Origin: the human T2T-CHM13v2.0 reference genome, Homo sapiens
Length of the DNA stretch: 64,000 nucleotides
Reading direction: 5' to 3' (one strand)
Assembly (NCBI RefSeq): GCF_009914755.1
Contig: NC_060925.1
Of this stretch, positions 43,961 through 59,930 are shown piece by piece (position 1 is the stretch's first letter; the number at the start of each line of letters is the position of its first letter). The notes beneath the pieces were generated by a model. The model did not search any database, was not told the DNA's origin, and was given only the letters and a program-made list of their open reading frames with translations. Position numbers and translations under genes: made by a program.

Positions 43961-44795
43961 TCAAAAAGGGAGAATTATTCTGAGGCTAGACCATGTGATG
44001 CTTTTACAGTGCACTTAAAAAAAATTTTTTTTCCCACACAAGAGATTTCTAAGTGTCTAAATTACACTTTTTCTTAAAAAACCCAGAGTAGCTTCTGTTG
44101 CAATAGCTATTAATGAAGAAAACAGAATTCAGTCAACTGAGAAGAAAAAAACTTTTGCTCAAAAAGACAAGGTCCTAAGAAATAAACAAAAACATAAAGG
44201 CCTTTTAAATACAAGCATGCACACATGCACACATACATTTACATATCTTGGATGTTAGCTTTTAATTAAGCTGACTTAACCATTGAGCTCCTAAAAATTA
44301 TATTTTCCTTCCCAGAGGCCTCTCAGCAGGAATGGACCCAATACCTTCCATTTTTAAGTTTACATGGTATCAAAAGGAGTAAGACAGATAAACAAGTGGA
44401 GACAAATTTTGGACAACACAAGGGGAAGTGCACTCGGGCAAAACAGATTCAAAACCTGATCTCAATCAAAATGCAAAGCGGGTGTATAACCAAGCCTTAT
44501 TATTGCTTCCCGTGGCAGTGCCAGACAAATGGTTTAACAAGCCTAGATGGGAAAACAATAGGCTCCCAGCATACCATTCAGTTAACTCACCCTTTGAGTT
44601 CGTCCGCTCCTGATCTCCATTCTAACCCAGCATTGTAAGGGTTGTGCACTTTTGAGCACAGGACAGCCTTCAAGGGGGTCCCTGGGAAAATCTCACCTGC
44701 AGCTGCTGGGATCCCCCTAAAGACTGTCTCCTTGCAAGCCACTGGCCACTGAATGCAGCACCATTCCAGTCTCTCCTGGCTGGCACGCCAAATTT
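43961..44795 (-). mobile_element. ERV1 internal leader segment (PABL_A-int/MER4-group-like) with tRNA-Arg primer-binding site
   Basis: Minus strand TGGCGTGCCAGCCAGGAG (44790-44773), one mismatch from the recalled Arg PBS TGGCGAGCCAGCCAGGAG, 5 nt after the LTR end. Confidence 0.7.
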
Positions 44796-45441
44796 TGTTC
44801 CCAGACCAAACTGAGGTTTGGGCTGCTGTTTCTCGTGGCCCAATAACGAGATGCAAATGAACTGGGGAGGAAGGGAGTTTTCATTTCTGCAACCGGTTAC
44901 AGGGAGAAGGCCTGGAAATTATCACCAGACCAATTCAAAATTACAAAGTTTTCCAGAGCTTATATACCTTCTAAGCTATATGTCCATGTGTAAGTGTGCA
45001 TTCATCTAAGGATGTAAGTGATTAACTTCTTTTAATCTATAACTAAGGTCTGAGTCCTGAAGGCCTTCCTCTGGAGCCTCAGTAAATTTACTTAATCTAA
45101 ATGGGTCCAGGTGCTGGGGCAGTTACCCTTGTCTCCTGCTAAATCACGGAGGTTTGGGGAGTTCCTTCAGACCCCCGATAAACTTGTTTGTGGAGGCCTG
45201 GGGAGTTTCTTCAGACCCACAATAAAACTTGTTCAATCCTAAATGGGCCCTGTTAAGAATTCCTGTATTATTTTGTCATGCTTTAAGGCCCAGGAAAGAC
45301 CTAGGCAAAACTCTTGATGGGCTTTTGTGGCATCCCAGCCTTTGTATAAGGAGACTGACTTTTAATATTTAACTTAACCCTTCAGTCAGTAGTGAAACAG
45401 TCATTATGGAGGCCTGCATTAGTGAGACCTGGCCTGCCACA
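44796..45441 (-). mobile_element. ERV1 5' LTR, PABL_A-like
   Basis: 646 bp, TG...CA termini. Minus-strand start TGTGGCAGGCCAGGTCTCACTAA matches the recalled PABL_A consensus. Confidence 0.7.
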
Positions 45442-45846
45442 ATCCTGTGTTCATGTATTGAAAGACTGTATTATTAAGATGGCAGTACTACCCAAAGCAG
45501 TCTACAGATTCACTGAGAGCCCTATCAAAATTCCAACAGCCTTTTTGAAAAATGGAAAAGCTTACCATCAAACTCATATGGAATTGTAAACGCCGTGAAT
45601 AGCCAAAACAATGCGGAAAAGGCCAAAGTTGGAGGACTGACACTTCCCAATTTCAAAACTTACTATAAAACTACAGTGGTCTAAACAGTGGGCTGTTGGC
45701 ACAAGTACAGATGATACTAACATACAGATCAATAGAATAGAATTGAGGCTTCAGAAATAAACCCATACATCTATGGCCAACTGACTTTCAACAAATGATG
45801 CTGCAATAACTGAATGTACACATGCAAAAAAAAAGTTGAACCTCTA
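45442..45846 (+). mobile_element. L1M ORF2 fragment (continues briefly at 46581-46627)
   Basis: IIKMAVLPKAVYRF peptide; resumes after the MER21 insertion. Confidence 0.8.
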
Positions 45847-46580
45847 TGTGATATTGCGATAGAAGAAATACATATTTTGGTCTTGTACCAGTTTCCTGGC
45901 ACATAGCTCCTAAAACCCTTGCAACATCCCAAGTCCCCAAGCTGTGAGTATCTTTGTATGCTAATGAAATGACTAATGTCTGGGGGATCTGGATGGGGGG
46001 AAGTTGCCAGGAGGAACCAACCAAGTAATTAGAGAGTAGACCTCCAGGGGAGGGGGAAGTCCTGAAGGTTAAGTTGATTACCAGTAGCCAATGATTTAAT
46101 CAGTCATGCCTTCATAATGAAGCCCCTCCATAAAAACCCAAAAGGTTTAGACAGCTTTCTAGGTTGCTGAACATGTGCAGGTACCGAGAGCATGGAAGTT
46201 CCACGACCCTTCCTCCATACCTTGCCCCACGAATCTCTTCAATCTGGCTATTCCTGAGTTGCATCCTTTTAAAAAGAGAAACAGAAGTGTTTCTCTGAGT
46301 TCTGTGAGCGATTCTAGCAAAGTACTGTGGGAACTGTAACCAGGGGACCTATTATTTGCAATTGATGTCTGAAGTGGGGGGCAGTTTCATGGGACTGAGC
46401 CTGGGTGTATGGTCTGCATTAACTCTGGTTAGCGTCAGAATTGAATTGTAGAATACCTACTTGGTGTCTGCAGAGAACGGGGAAATTGCTTGGTCTTGGG
46501 GAAAACAACCTAAACATCTGGTGTCAGAAGTGATGTACTGAGTATTGAGAGTATACAAGGAAAAAGTTTGTTTTTTCTTA
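45847..46580 (+). mobile_element. MER21-family (ERVL) solo LTR
   Basis: TGTGATATTG...tttcctggcacatagctcctaaaaccctt; 5-bp TSD CTCTA at 45842-45846 and 46581-46585. Confidence 0.8.
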
Positions 46581-46623
46581 CTCTACCTCACGCCATATAT
46601 AAAAATTAAGTAAAAACGAATCA

Positions 46624-46920
<297 letters not shown>

Positions 46921-46933
46921 ACAACTTTGTCTC

Positions 46934-47224
46934 TTTTTTTTTGAGATACGGTCTCACTCTGTCACCCAGGCTGGAGTGCAGTGATGCAATCTTGGCTCAC
47001 TGCAACCTCCACTTCTGGGGTTCAAGCGATTCTCGTGCCTCAGCCTCCTGAGTAGCTGGGACTACAGGTGCATGGCACCATGCCCAACTAATTTTTGTAT
47101 TTTTAGTAGAGACGGGGTTTCGCCATGTTGGCCAGGCCGGTCTCAAACTCCTGGCCTCAAGTGATCCTCCTGCCTCAACCTCCCAAAGTGCTAGGATTAC
47201 AGGCGTGAGCCACCGCACCCAGCC
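46934..47224 (-). mobile_element. AluS element (inverted, tail-to-tail with the previous Alu)
   Basis: Poly(T) then antisense Alu; TSD-like aa(c/g)tttgtct on both sides. Confidence 0.93.
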
Positions 47225-47644
47225 AGAAGTTTGTCTTTTAAACTTTGCCAGAATGCTTACAGTGACTGTCCATTCTCCATCACACTTGTATGCTTACCTT
47301 TGTCCTTCACCCCTTACATGCTCTTACATGTATCAGAAGTACTATTCCTCTACACACTGGATTCTTGTATACTCTTAAATATCACATATTCTACCAAGGA
47401 ATGTAATCTTTATAATATAACTGAGAGAAAGGATTTTGCAACCATACAGATCAGTCTATGTGAACAAAATATTCATGTCTATATAGTTTCCTTCTCTGCA
47501 GAACGACACTAATAGGGTTGTCATATGATTACATTATTTATATAAAGCATTTATAATACATTTTAAAATGTTTTAAGCTCTCAATAAAAGTTGGCTAATT
47601 TTGTAACATACCTACCTAAAATAGTATTACACATAATTGCTATT

Positions 47645-47880
47645 TTATCATTTCAAGTTTTATTTCAGATTCGGGGATACATATGTGCGTTAGTTACATG
47701 GGTATGTTGCATGTTGCTGAGGGTCCGGGTATGATTGGTCCCATCACCCAGGTAAAGAACATAGTACCCAATAGTTAGTTTTTCAACCCTTGCTCCCTTC
47801 CCTCACCCCCAGGAGTCCCCAGTGTCTACTGGGGACATCTTTATGTCCATGAATACACAATGTTTAGCTCTCACATATAG
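47645..47880 (-). mobile_element. Older L1PA (PA13-16-like) 3' UTR fragment
   Basis: ttttatttcagattcggggatacat...gttacatgggtatgttgcatg...catcacccaggta...atagtacccaatagttagtttttcaaccc. Confidence 0.8.
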
Positions 47881-48214
47881 GGTGTATTTTTTAAGGTACT
47901 AACGGGTGGAATTAGGCCTACCCTATTGCTTAGCTTGCCATGATTATTCAAATCCAAAGTTGACATAAATAGGACTTTAAGGCCTTGAACCAGGCTTGTT
48001 TAAGGAGTCACTCCTTCAGCCTTATGAAATGTTCCATTGTAATTTTTTAAAAATAATAGGAAGTATGAATAGAAATCTGTACCTTTCTTGTGTTTTCTGC
48101 TAGAAACGTTAATAAAATAATTTAGAAGTAGAAGGACATAGAATTCATTCGTTGTTCAATTTGTTGCACAGACTAAGAGATGGCACAACACATTACAACA
48201 CTGTGAGAAAAAAA

Positions 48215-48220
48215 TTTATT
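48215..48220 (-). terminator. CCDC181: CCDC181 polyadenylation signal
   Basis: Minus-strand AATAAA ~150 nt after the stop, followed by GU-rich cagtgttgtaatgtgttgtg. Confidence 0.75.
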
Positions 48221-48369
48221 TTGTTCTAGTATTAAAAAAACAAATTCACTGTCAATAAAAGATAAATACCATTTCCATAATTTAGAATACAACCAAAGTA
48301 CACAGACCCTAAGAAATCATATCCAAAATTTTGATAGCAGCTGCCCACTGAAATATTTAATAGAAACTT

Positions 48370-48529
48370 TCAGTTATAATGATCAGTAAAACGAAAAGGT
48401 TTGGCTTCTGACATATATAGGTGGTGCTGTAACTGTTTAGAACGCTTAGCTTCTAGTCGGAGCTGTCTAGTTCTCTCTCTGACAGCTTGTTGCTCTGCCA
48501 TTTTTTCCATCCGTTTCCTTCTTAACCAT
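48370..48529 (-). CDS. CCDC181: CCDC181 (C1orf114) last coding exon (WLRRKRMEK...FRFTDHYN*)
   Basis: Acceptor tttctacag|A; 160 nt; phase matches the upstream exon; TGA at 48372-48370. Confidence 0.92.
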
Positions 48530-49536
48530 CTGTAGAAACAGGCATGATCAGATTTGGTGAGTATCAACCTGAATACACTCTTCATGCTATAAAGTTACTA
48601 TTATAGACAAAATAAATGGACATTTCTTTACAATGAAATACTGTCACAGCACAAATTTTTAAGTATTAACTGAAAAATGTAAAGATTACACCCAAGGCTC
48701 ATACAAGAAAGGACCGTTAGATTTGGGGTCAAATGTTTGAAATTGTCTGTCTTACAATGAAACTGCCAACTTAATTGGTTTTTTAATAATAAACACTATT
48801 TTATGTGTGCTGTAGATCCTATTCTTTTTTTAGAAACAGGATTTCTTACTATTTGGTAGATTCCAAATAACTTACTCTTTGTAACTAGCTGTATTCTAAA
48901 ACATTACTTAGCTAGGTTAAGAATACTATCATGCAGAAATGCTGCCTTACTCTTCTTATAGGTAAATTATAGAGCTTTTAAGTCCACAAAATAGTTCTTA
49001 AAATGAAAAGTAAGCCAAACATGAAAACATCAAAAGCAGGAAAGGAAAAGTCCACATTCTAACAAATTCAAGTCTTAAACCTTGTTTAAATAATAGCAAA
49101 AATAACTGCATATACATATATACCTGGTATGTAAGTGTGTATGTGGTATGTTTGTGTGTGTGTGTGTGTGTATATGCACATACATACACCTGGTTTTGTT
49201 GTTTTTTTTTTTTCAGAATAAACAACTAAATAACTGTATTAGAAAAAAAAGAAACTTACTAAATATCATAATCTGATGATATGTGGTCCTGAATTGGCTA
49301 CTAGTTTAAGCAAATAAACTGTAAGTCATTTATGGGTTAGTTGGGGAATAAATGGATATGGGCTGGATATTCGGTAATATCATTAATGAAAAGCAGATTG
49401 CAGAAATACAGTATGATCTCAGTATTTTGAAATTGTAAATACATGTACAGACAAATACTTAGACAGTATGCATACTGGTGTTAACAGTCACAATTTCTGG
49501 GTGATGAAAATGTAACTTGAAACCGCTCCATTTCTA

Positions 49537-49943
<407 letters not shown>

Positions 49944-50559
49944 TCAATATTCACATTTGGTCCCCCAACTCTCCCCACACTTGCTAGCAAAAATATGAAG
50001 CCACATCTGTATTGTCAGAATTAGGCAATGCAGTGTCTTACCCAAATAACTAAAAAATATCAGGTTTGCCTTAAATTACCAAAATATGTACCCAAATCTC
50101 CTTTGGTCTATACAGATTTTCCTCCTTAGTCCACCTGCCTTTCTTTTACTGGTAAATGCAACTTTTATTGGTTGCATTTATTTGTAAATTCAGTTTTTCT
50201 GAGGGCTATGTAGGAGAAGCTGTAACCAATCTTCAACCCATTTCTCACAGAAATAAGTAAACAATAAATGATAAGGTATCAAAGGCTATCACATTGGTGC
50301 CATAAGAAATAATTTAAGTATTGAAAAGTATCTTGAAGAAAAATTGGTATGCATATATATATATAACTCCATATATATAATATATATAATAGAGTTAAAG
50401 AATTATACATTTTTAAAAGCATGAATTTAAAATTGAATAGGTACGTGCTGTAAGAGAAAACATTTTGAGGGTTTTTTTTTTCCAATCTTAATTGATGATA
50501 TAACTTTTAAAATGAACATGAGGAAGGAGGAGGGGGGAAATGCCCTGCCTTTAACTTAC

Positions 50560-50714
50560 TGTTTAAAGGCCCTTTCCCGGCCTTCTGTTCCTTTAAGGAA
50601 GAATAAACATTCCTCTTGCTTTCTTAGTTCTTCTGTCTGTCTTTCTTTCATCTGCTCTTCGTGCTTTTTTTTAAGCCATAATCGAAAAGCTTGTTGTGGA
50701 TCTCTGTTTTCCTG
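50560..50714 (-). CDS. CCDC181: CCDC181 penultimate coding exon ((Q)ENRDPQQAFRLWLKKKHEEQ...ERAFKQ)
   Basis: Acceptor ttttctaatcag|cag|GAA; open coiled-coil reading frame; donor AAACA|gtaagt; phase 2 joins the last exon. Confidence 0.92.
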
Positions 50715-51489
50715 CTGATTAGAAAAACAAGCTTTACTTAGTTTAGATAAACAAGAACTACATTTTGAAGCCCTGCTTATGGGATCCTACAAGAATATAT
50801 TTCCTACTCTTCAATTTTTCATAATAATGCCAGCCTCATTACCTGCATTCCTAGTATCCAAACCAAATACATCACGCTTAAGTTTTAAGAATATCTTTCA
50901 GCAGTTACTTAAAATGGCTAAGCCCATTTTTCAAAACTGTAGTTCCTATTGTAAAGGGTGGCCATAAGGATTTTCAGTCATAAGAATTTTCTTATAAAGA
51001 TAGCAGCCATGATAATTTTAACATAAGAAAAAGCTAGTAGGAGTGGCTTATTTCGTGGTCCCTCAAAGTTCATGATGGATAGTATCTTCAGGGAATTTTC
51101 AAAAGTTCAAAGAGCTCTTATTTGGAGGAATAAAGGAGAGAAAGAAGACAGATTTGGTACTCTTTACCCTTGGGAAAAGTGTCACCTCATGTGGATTCCT
51201 GGCTAGAATGCAAAAGGAAAAGATACATTCATTTAATACTTCCCCCAAATATAAGCTTTGTGATTGAGCTTATATCTTGCATTTCCCTCATCTGTTTCCT
51301 ATATCTTGCATTTTTTCCCTTGTTTGTAACCCACATTGCCAAATATGCTCTAGTCTAATTTAGAAGATTATTCAGGATCTTTGATGCACAACTGAACTTT
51401 GTGGAGAAGACCCCTGGATCTAAAGAATCATTGCCAAACACCTGGAAGTCTGGGAATTGCTAGAGATGACATAAAAATGTTCAATCGGG

Positions 51490-51750
51490 AGTTATAGATC
51501 AAAAGAGTCCAGATACAAAGTAATAGATAGGAGGAATAAGTTCTGGTGTTCTATTACACAGTAGAGTGACTACAGTTAACAATACCGTATATTTCAAAAT
51601 AATGAGGAGAGGATTTTTGAATGTTCTCATCATAAAGAAATGACAAGTGTTTGAGGTAATATGCTAATTACACAATGTGTACATGTATCAAAACATCACA
51701 CTGTACTCCATAAATATGTGAAATTATGTGTCAATTAAATACAATTTTAA
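51490..51750 (+). mobile_element. L1MA-type 3' UTR fragment
   Basis: tagataggaggaataagttctggtgttctattacacagtagagtgactacagttaac...aaaacatcacactgtactccataaat. Confidence 0.8.
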
Positions 51751-51914
51751 AGTTAAAATATTTTTAAAGATTCAAGGATTCAGGGAGCAACAGGATACAT
51801 GGGTATCCCCATTCTTTTGTTCTTTCAACAGATATTCATAGTATTTACTACATAGCAGGCACTAAAGTACTGGGTTGCATTAATAAAATTAAGGTTCCCT
51901 CTCTCACACATTCT

Positions 51915-52102
51915 GTACTGTACAATACAGTAACCACAAGTCATAAGTGGCTATTTAAATAAAATTTAAACTTCAGTTTCTCAGTCATACTAGCTACATT
52001 TCAAGTGCTTAACAGACACACATGGCTAGCAGCTACTCTAATGGACAGTGCAAATACAGAAAATTTCCATCATCCCAGAAAGTTCTATTGGACAGTGTTC
52101 TG
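51915..52102. mobile_element. MER3-like hAT DNA transposon
   Basis: aagtggctatttaaat...cttcagtttctcagtcatactagctacatttcaagtgc...gaaagttctattggacagtg. Confidence 0.75.
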
Positions 52103-52149
52103 CACAGACAGGATAAAAATAAGTGACTGACTGATTGATTGACTGATCT

Positions 52150-52660
52150 GTCTGATTCAAAAGAAAATATGGGAAGGAGGGTAATAAACACAGCAGTGAG
52201 GAGAAAGGATGGTATTTAAATAGAAAGGGAGGAAGTTATGGGATATCTGGAGAAAAACAGTGGTAACAATAAGAGCAAAGGAGCTAAGAAGGGATTGTGT
52301 TTGGCATGATCAATAAATAGCAAAGAAGTCAAAGTGAAGCTGTAGCAAAGTAGCTGAAGAGTGGAAGATGAAGTCAGGGAAGTAGTAGGGATCAGGTAAT
52401 GTATAACCTTGCTGGCCATGGTAGGAACTTTGGATTTCATTTTGAGATGAGAAGCCATTGGGGGTTTCTGAGCATAAGTGACACAGTTTATTCACCATTT
52501 TAGAAATATCATTCTGGCTGCTATGTGGAAAACTGAATGAGGGAGAGGCAAGGTAGAAGGGGGCTGGGTTATTAGGCTTTTGTAACAGCCCAGCCAACAG
52601 AAGAAAATAGTGGTTTAGATTAGGGTAGTGGGACTCTGTATATGCAGTGAAGATAGAACC
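52150..52660 (-). mobile_element. L2 fragment
   Basis: ggccatggtaggaactttggattt...gaagccattgggggtt...atcattctggctgctatgtgga. Confidence 0.7.
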
Positions 52661-52989
52661 AACATAATTTGCTCAAAAATTGAATGGATAGTTTTATGTC
52701 ATGCTTTAAATGATTATTTTTTAAATTATTCCAGGTTTATTAGTATAATAAAAATTCAAGAAAATATATTTTTAAAACAAGGTAAATTACAGCAGAACTA
52801 TCATCAGAATGATAGACTGCATTGGTATGCAAATATGTCACTGCATAAGATCATAGCAAATAACTCTCAATAGTGGAGGGAACCAAAATAAAAAATTAGA
52901 GGAAAATAAAAAATTCTAAAGATAAAATATGAATTATACACATAATTAGTAATGGATTAAATTATCTGATTATAAAAAAGGATAAATGA

Positions 52990-54014
52990 CTGAATTGGAG
53001 ACTTTTGCATCCATCCATGATATCATAATTGGTATCAGATTTACCCTTCTGCCCTAATTAGCTATAAAGCTAGATAAAATGTATGCAGCAGCTTGATAAC
53101 TGAGAGTAAGAAAAAACATGATATAACCCCCATATTCACCCTGGCTCTGTACTTGGTGACACTTTCCAGACAACGGTATAGGAAGGAGGAGTCATAGCAT
53201 CAAGCAGTCACTAGTCTCACTGGGCTCATGAAACAGATAGGAGTCTGGGGCTGCTGAGACAGCTGAATTTCCAGGGCAGGGTACTAGAAATGAAGCAGTC
53301 ATGTGGAGGGATGCTCCAAGAGTCTGTGTGGGGGTTTCCCTTGGGTCTTGGCAAGGCCTGGGCTGCACATGTGTAGAGTGAGGCTCTGTAAGGTCTAACA
53401 GAGAGTAGCTGCTGTTAATGAAGAAGATAATAAAGGTTGCATAGTTTTGGAGACATTGGAGTTCCAATCCAACTATAGTGGGAATACTTCATTGCTTACC
53501 TTGGTCAACCACTTACAACCCTAAAAAGGCCATGCTTTGGAAGTAAGGGTCATGTCCTAGAGTAAGGACCATGCTCTAGGACTAAGGACAAAAGCAAAAT
53601 AAACCCATCCTAACAAAGCATAAAACAAAGTCTGACAGGATCAAGAGTATTCCTTACTAATCTAACTGCCTACAAGAAAAAAATTCAATACCCTTTAAAG
53701 GAAAACAGTGTATTCTATATTTCCTTACAACTTTTATATTGAAAAGATCCACAGTCTATTAACCAATTTAAAAAAAATCACTGGATATCTAAAGAAACAA
53801 GAAAATGTGACCCATAATCCAGAGAAAGAGGCCTTCAACAGATCGATCCTAAGATGACATAGATATTGGCATTTAGATACAAACAGGTCTAATATTTAAG
53901 AAATGAAAAGATGAATATAAAAAAGGTCTAATATGTAAGAAATGAACAGGTGAATATAATGAATAAACAGAGAATCTCAGTAAAGAAATGGAAATTTAAA
54001 AAAATAAACTGATA
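52990..54014 (+). mobile_element. Old L1M 5' region; host element resumes at ~60170-60950 (ORF1-like)
   Basis: aagaaacaagaaaatgtgacccataatc...aatctcagtaaagaaatggaaa; after the L1PA it continues ...atgggcttaacagt...gctgagaatttcccaaatctg...attcaagaagctcagc. Confidence 0.65.
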
Positions 54015-55014
54015 GGAGGATCCAAGATGGCCAAATAGGAACAGCTCCAGTCTATAGCTCCCAGCGTGAGTGATGCAGAAGACGGGTGATTTCTGCATTT
54101 CCAACTGAGGTACCGGGTTCATCTCACTGGGGCTTGTCAGACAGTGGGTGCAGCCCACAGAGCACAGTGGGGTATCGCCTCACCCAGGAAGCACAAGGGG
54201 TCGGGGAATTCCCTTTCCTAGCCAAGGGAAGCTATGACAGATGGTACCTGGAAAACTGGGACACTCCCACCCCAATACTACACTTTTCCAACGGTCTTAG
54301 CAAACGGCACACCAGAAGATTATATCCCACACCTGGCTCAGAGGGTCCCACTCCCACAGAGCCTCACTCACTGCTAACACAGCAGTCTGAGATCAAACTG
54401 CAATGCCACAGCAAGGCTAGGGGAGAGATGTCTGCCATTGCTGAGGCTTAAGTAGGTAAACAAAGCAGCTGGGAAGCTCCAACTGGGTGAAGCTGACCAC
54501 AGCTCAAGGAGGCCTGCCTGCCTCTGTAGACTCTACCTCTGGGGGCAAGACACAGCTGAACAAAAGGCAGCAGAAACTTCTGCAGACTTAAACGTCCCAG
54601 TCTGACAGCTTTGAAGAGAGTAGTGCTTTTCCCAGCACGGAGTTTGAGATCTGAGAAAGGACAGACTGCCTCCTCAAGTGGGTCCCTGACGCCCAAGTAG
54701 GCTAACTGGGAGACACCTCCCAGTAGGGGCCAACTGACACCTCATACAGCCGGGTGCCCCTCTGAGACGAAGCTTCCAGAGGAAGGATCAGGCAGCAACA
54801 TTTGCTGTTCTGCAATATTTGCTGTTCTGCAGCCTCTGCTGGTGAGACCCAAGCAAACCAGGGTCTGGAGTGGACCTCCAGCAAACTCCAATAGACCCAC
54901 AGGTGAGGGTCCTGACTGTTAGAAGGAAAACTAACAAACAGAAAGGACATCCACACCAAAACCCCATCTGTACATCACCATCGTCAAAGACCAAAGGTAG
55001 ATAAGACCACAAAG

Positions 55015-56038
55015 ATGGGGAGAAACCAGAGCAGAAAAGCTGAAAATTCTAAAAATCAGAGTGCCTCTTCTCCAAAGGAACGCAGCTCTTCCCCAGCAAT
55101 GGAACAAAGCTGGATGGAGAATGACTTTGATGAGTTGAGAGAAGAAGGCTTCAGACAATCGGTAATAACAAACTTCTCCGAGCTAAAGAAGGATGTTTGA
55201 ACCCATCGCAAAGAAGCTAAAAACCTTGAAAAAAAGATTAGACGAATGGCTAACTAGAATAAACAGTGTAGAGGAGACCTTAAATGACCCGATGGAGCTG
55301 AAAACCATGGCACAAGAACTACGCGATGCATGCACAACCTTCAGTAGCCAATTTGATCAAGTGGAAGAAAGGGTATCTGTGATTGAAGATCAAATGAATG
55401 AAATGAAGTGAGAAGAGAAGTTTAGAGAAAAAAGGGTAAAAAGAAATGAACAAAGCCTCCAAGAAATATGGGACTATGTGAAAAGACCAAATCTACGTCT
55501 GATTGGTGTACCTGAAAGTGACGGGGAGAACGGAACCAAGTTAGAAAACACTCTTCTGGATATGATCCAGGAGAACTTCCCCAAGCTAGCAAGGCAGGCC
55601 AACATTCAAATTCAGGAAATACAGCAAATACCACAAAGATACTCCTCAAGAAGAGCAACTCCAAGACACATAATTGTCAGATTTACTAAAGTTGAAATGA
55701 AGGAAAAAATGTTAAGGGCAGCCAGAGAGAAAGGCTGGGTTACCCACAAAGGGAAGCCCATCAGACTAACAGCGGATCTCTCGGCAGAAACTCTACAAGC
55801 CAGAAGAGAGTGGGGGCCAATATTCAACATTCTTAAAGAAAAGAATTTTCAACCCAGAATTTCATATCCAGCCAAACTAAGCTTCATAAGTGAAGGAGAA
55901 ATAAAATACCTTACAGACAAGCAAATGCTGAGAGATTTTGTCACCACCAGGCCTGCCCTAAAAGAGCTCCTGAAGGAAGCACTAAACATGGAAAGGAACA
56001 ACCAGTACCAGCCACCACAAAAACATGCCAAAATGTAA
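55015..56038 (+). pseudogene. Disrupted L1 ORF1p
   Basis: Three ORF-track pieces (55015, 55193, 55478) separated by TGA stops and a +1 frameshift in an A run. Confidence 0.9.
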
Positions 56039-56101
56039 AGACCATCAAGGCTAGGAAGAAACTGCATCAACTAACGAGCAAAATAACCAGCTAACATCAT
56101 A

Positions 56102-59930
<3,829 letters not shown>

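Noticed and set aside
48530-48585. ATG-initiated 71-aa ORF as a stand-alone gene
   Set aside because: The N-terminal part is intronic; the rest is the last CCDC181 exon.
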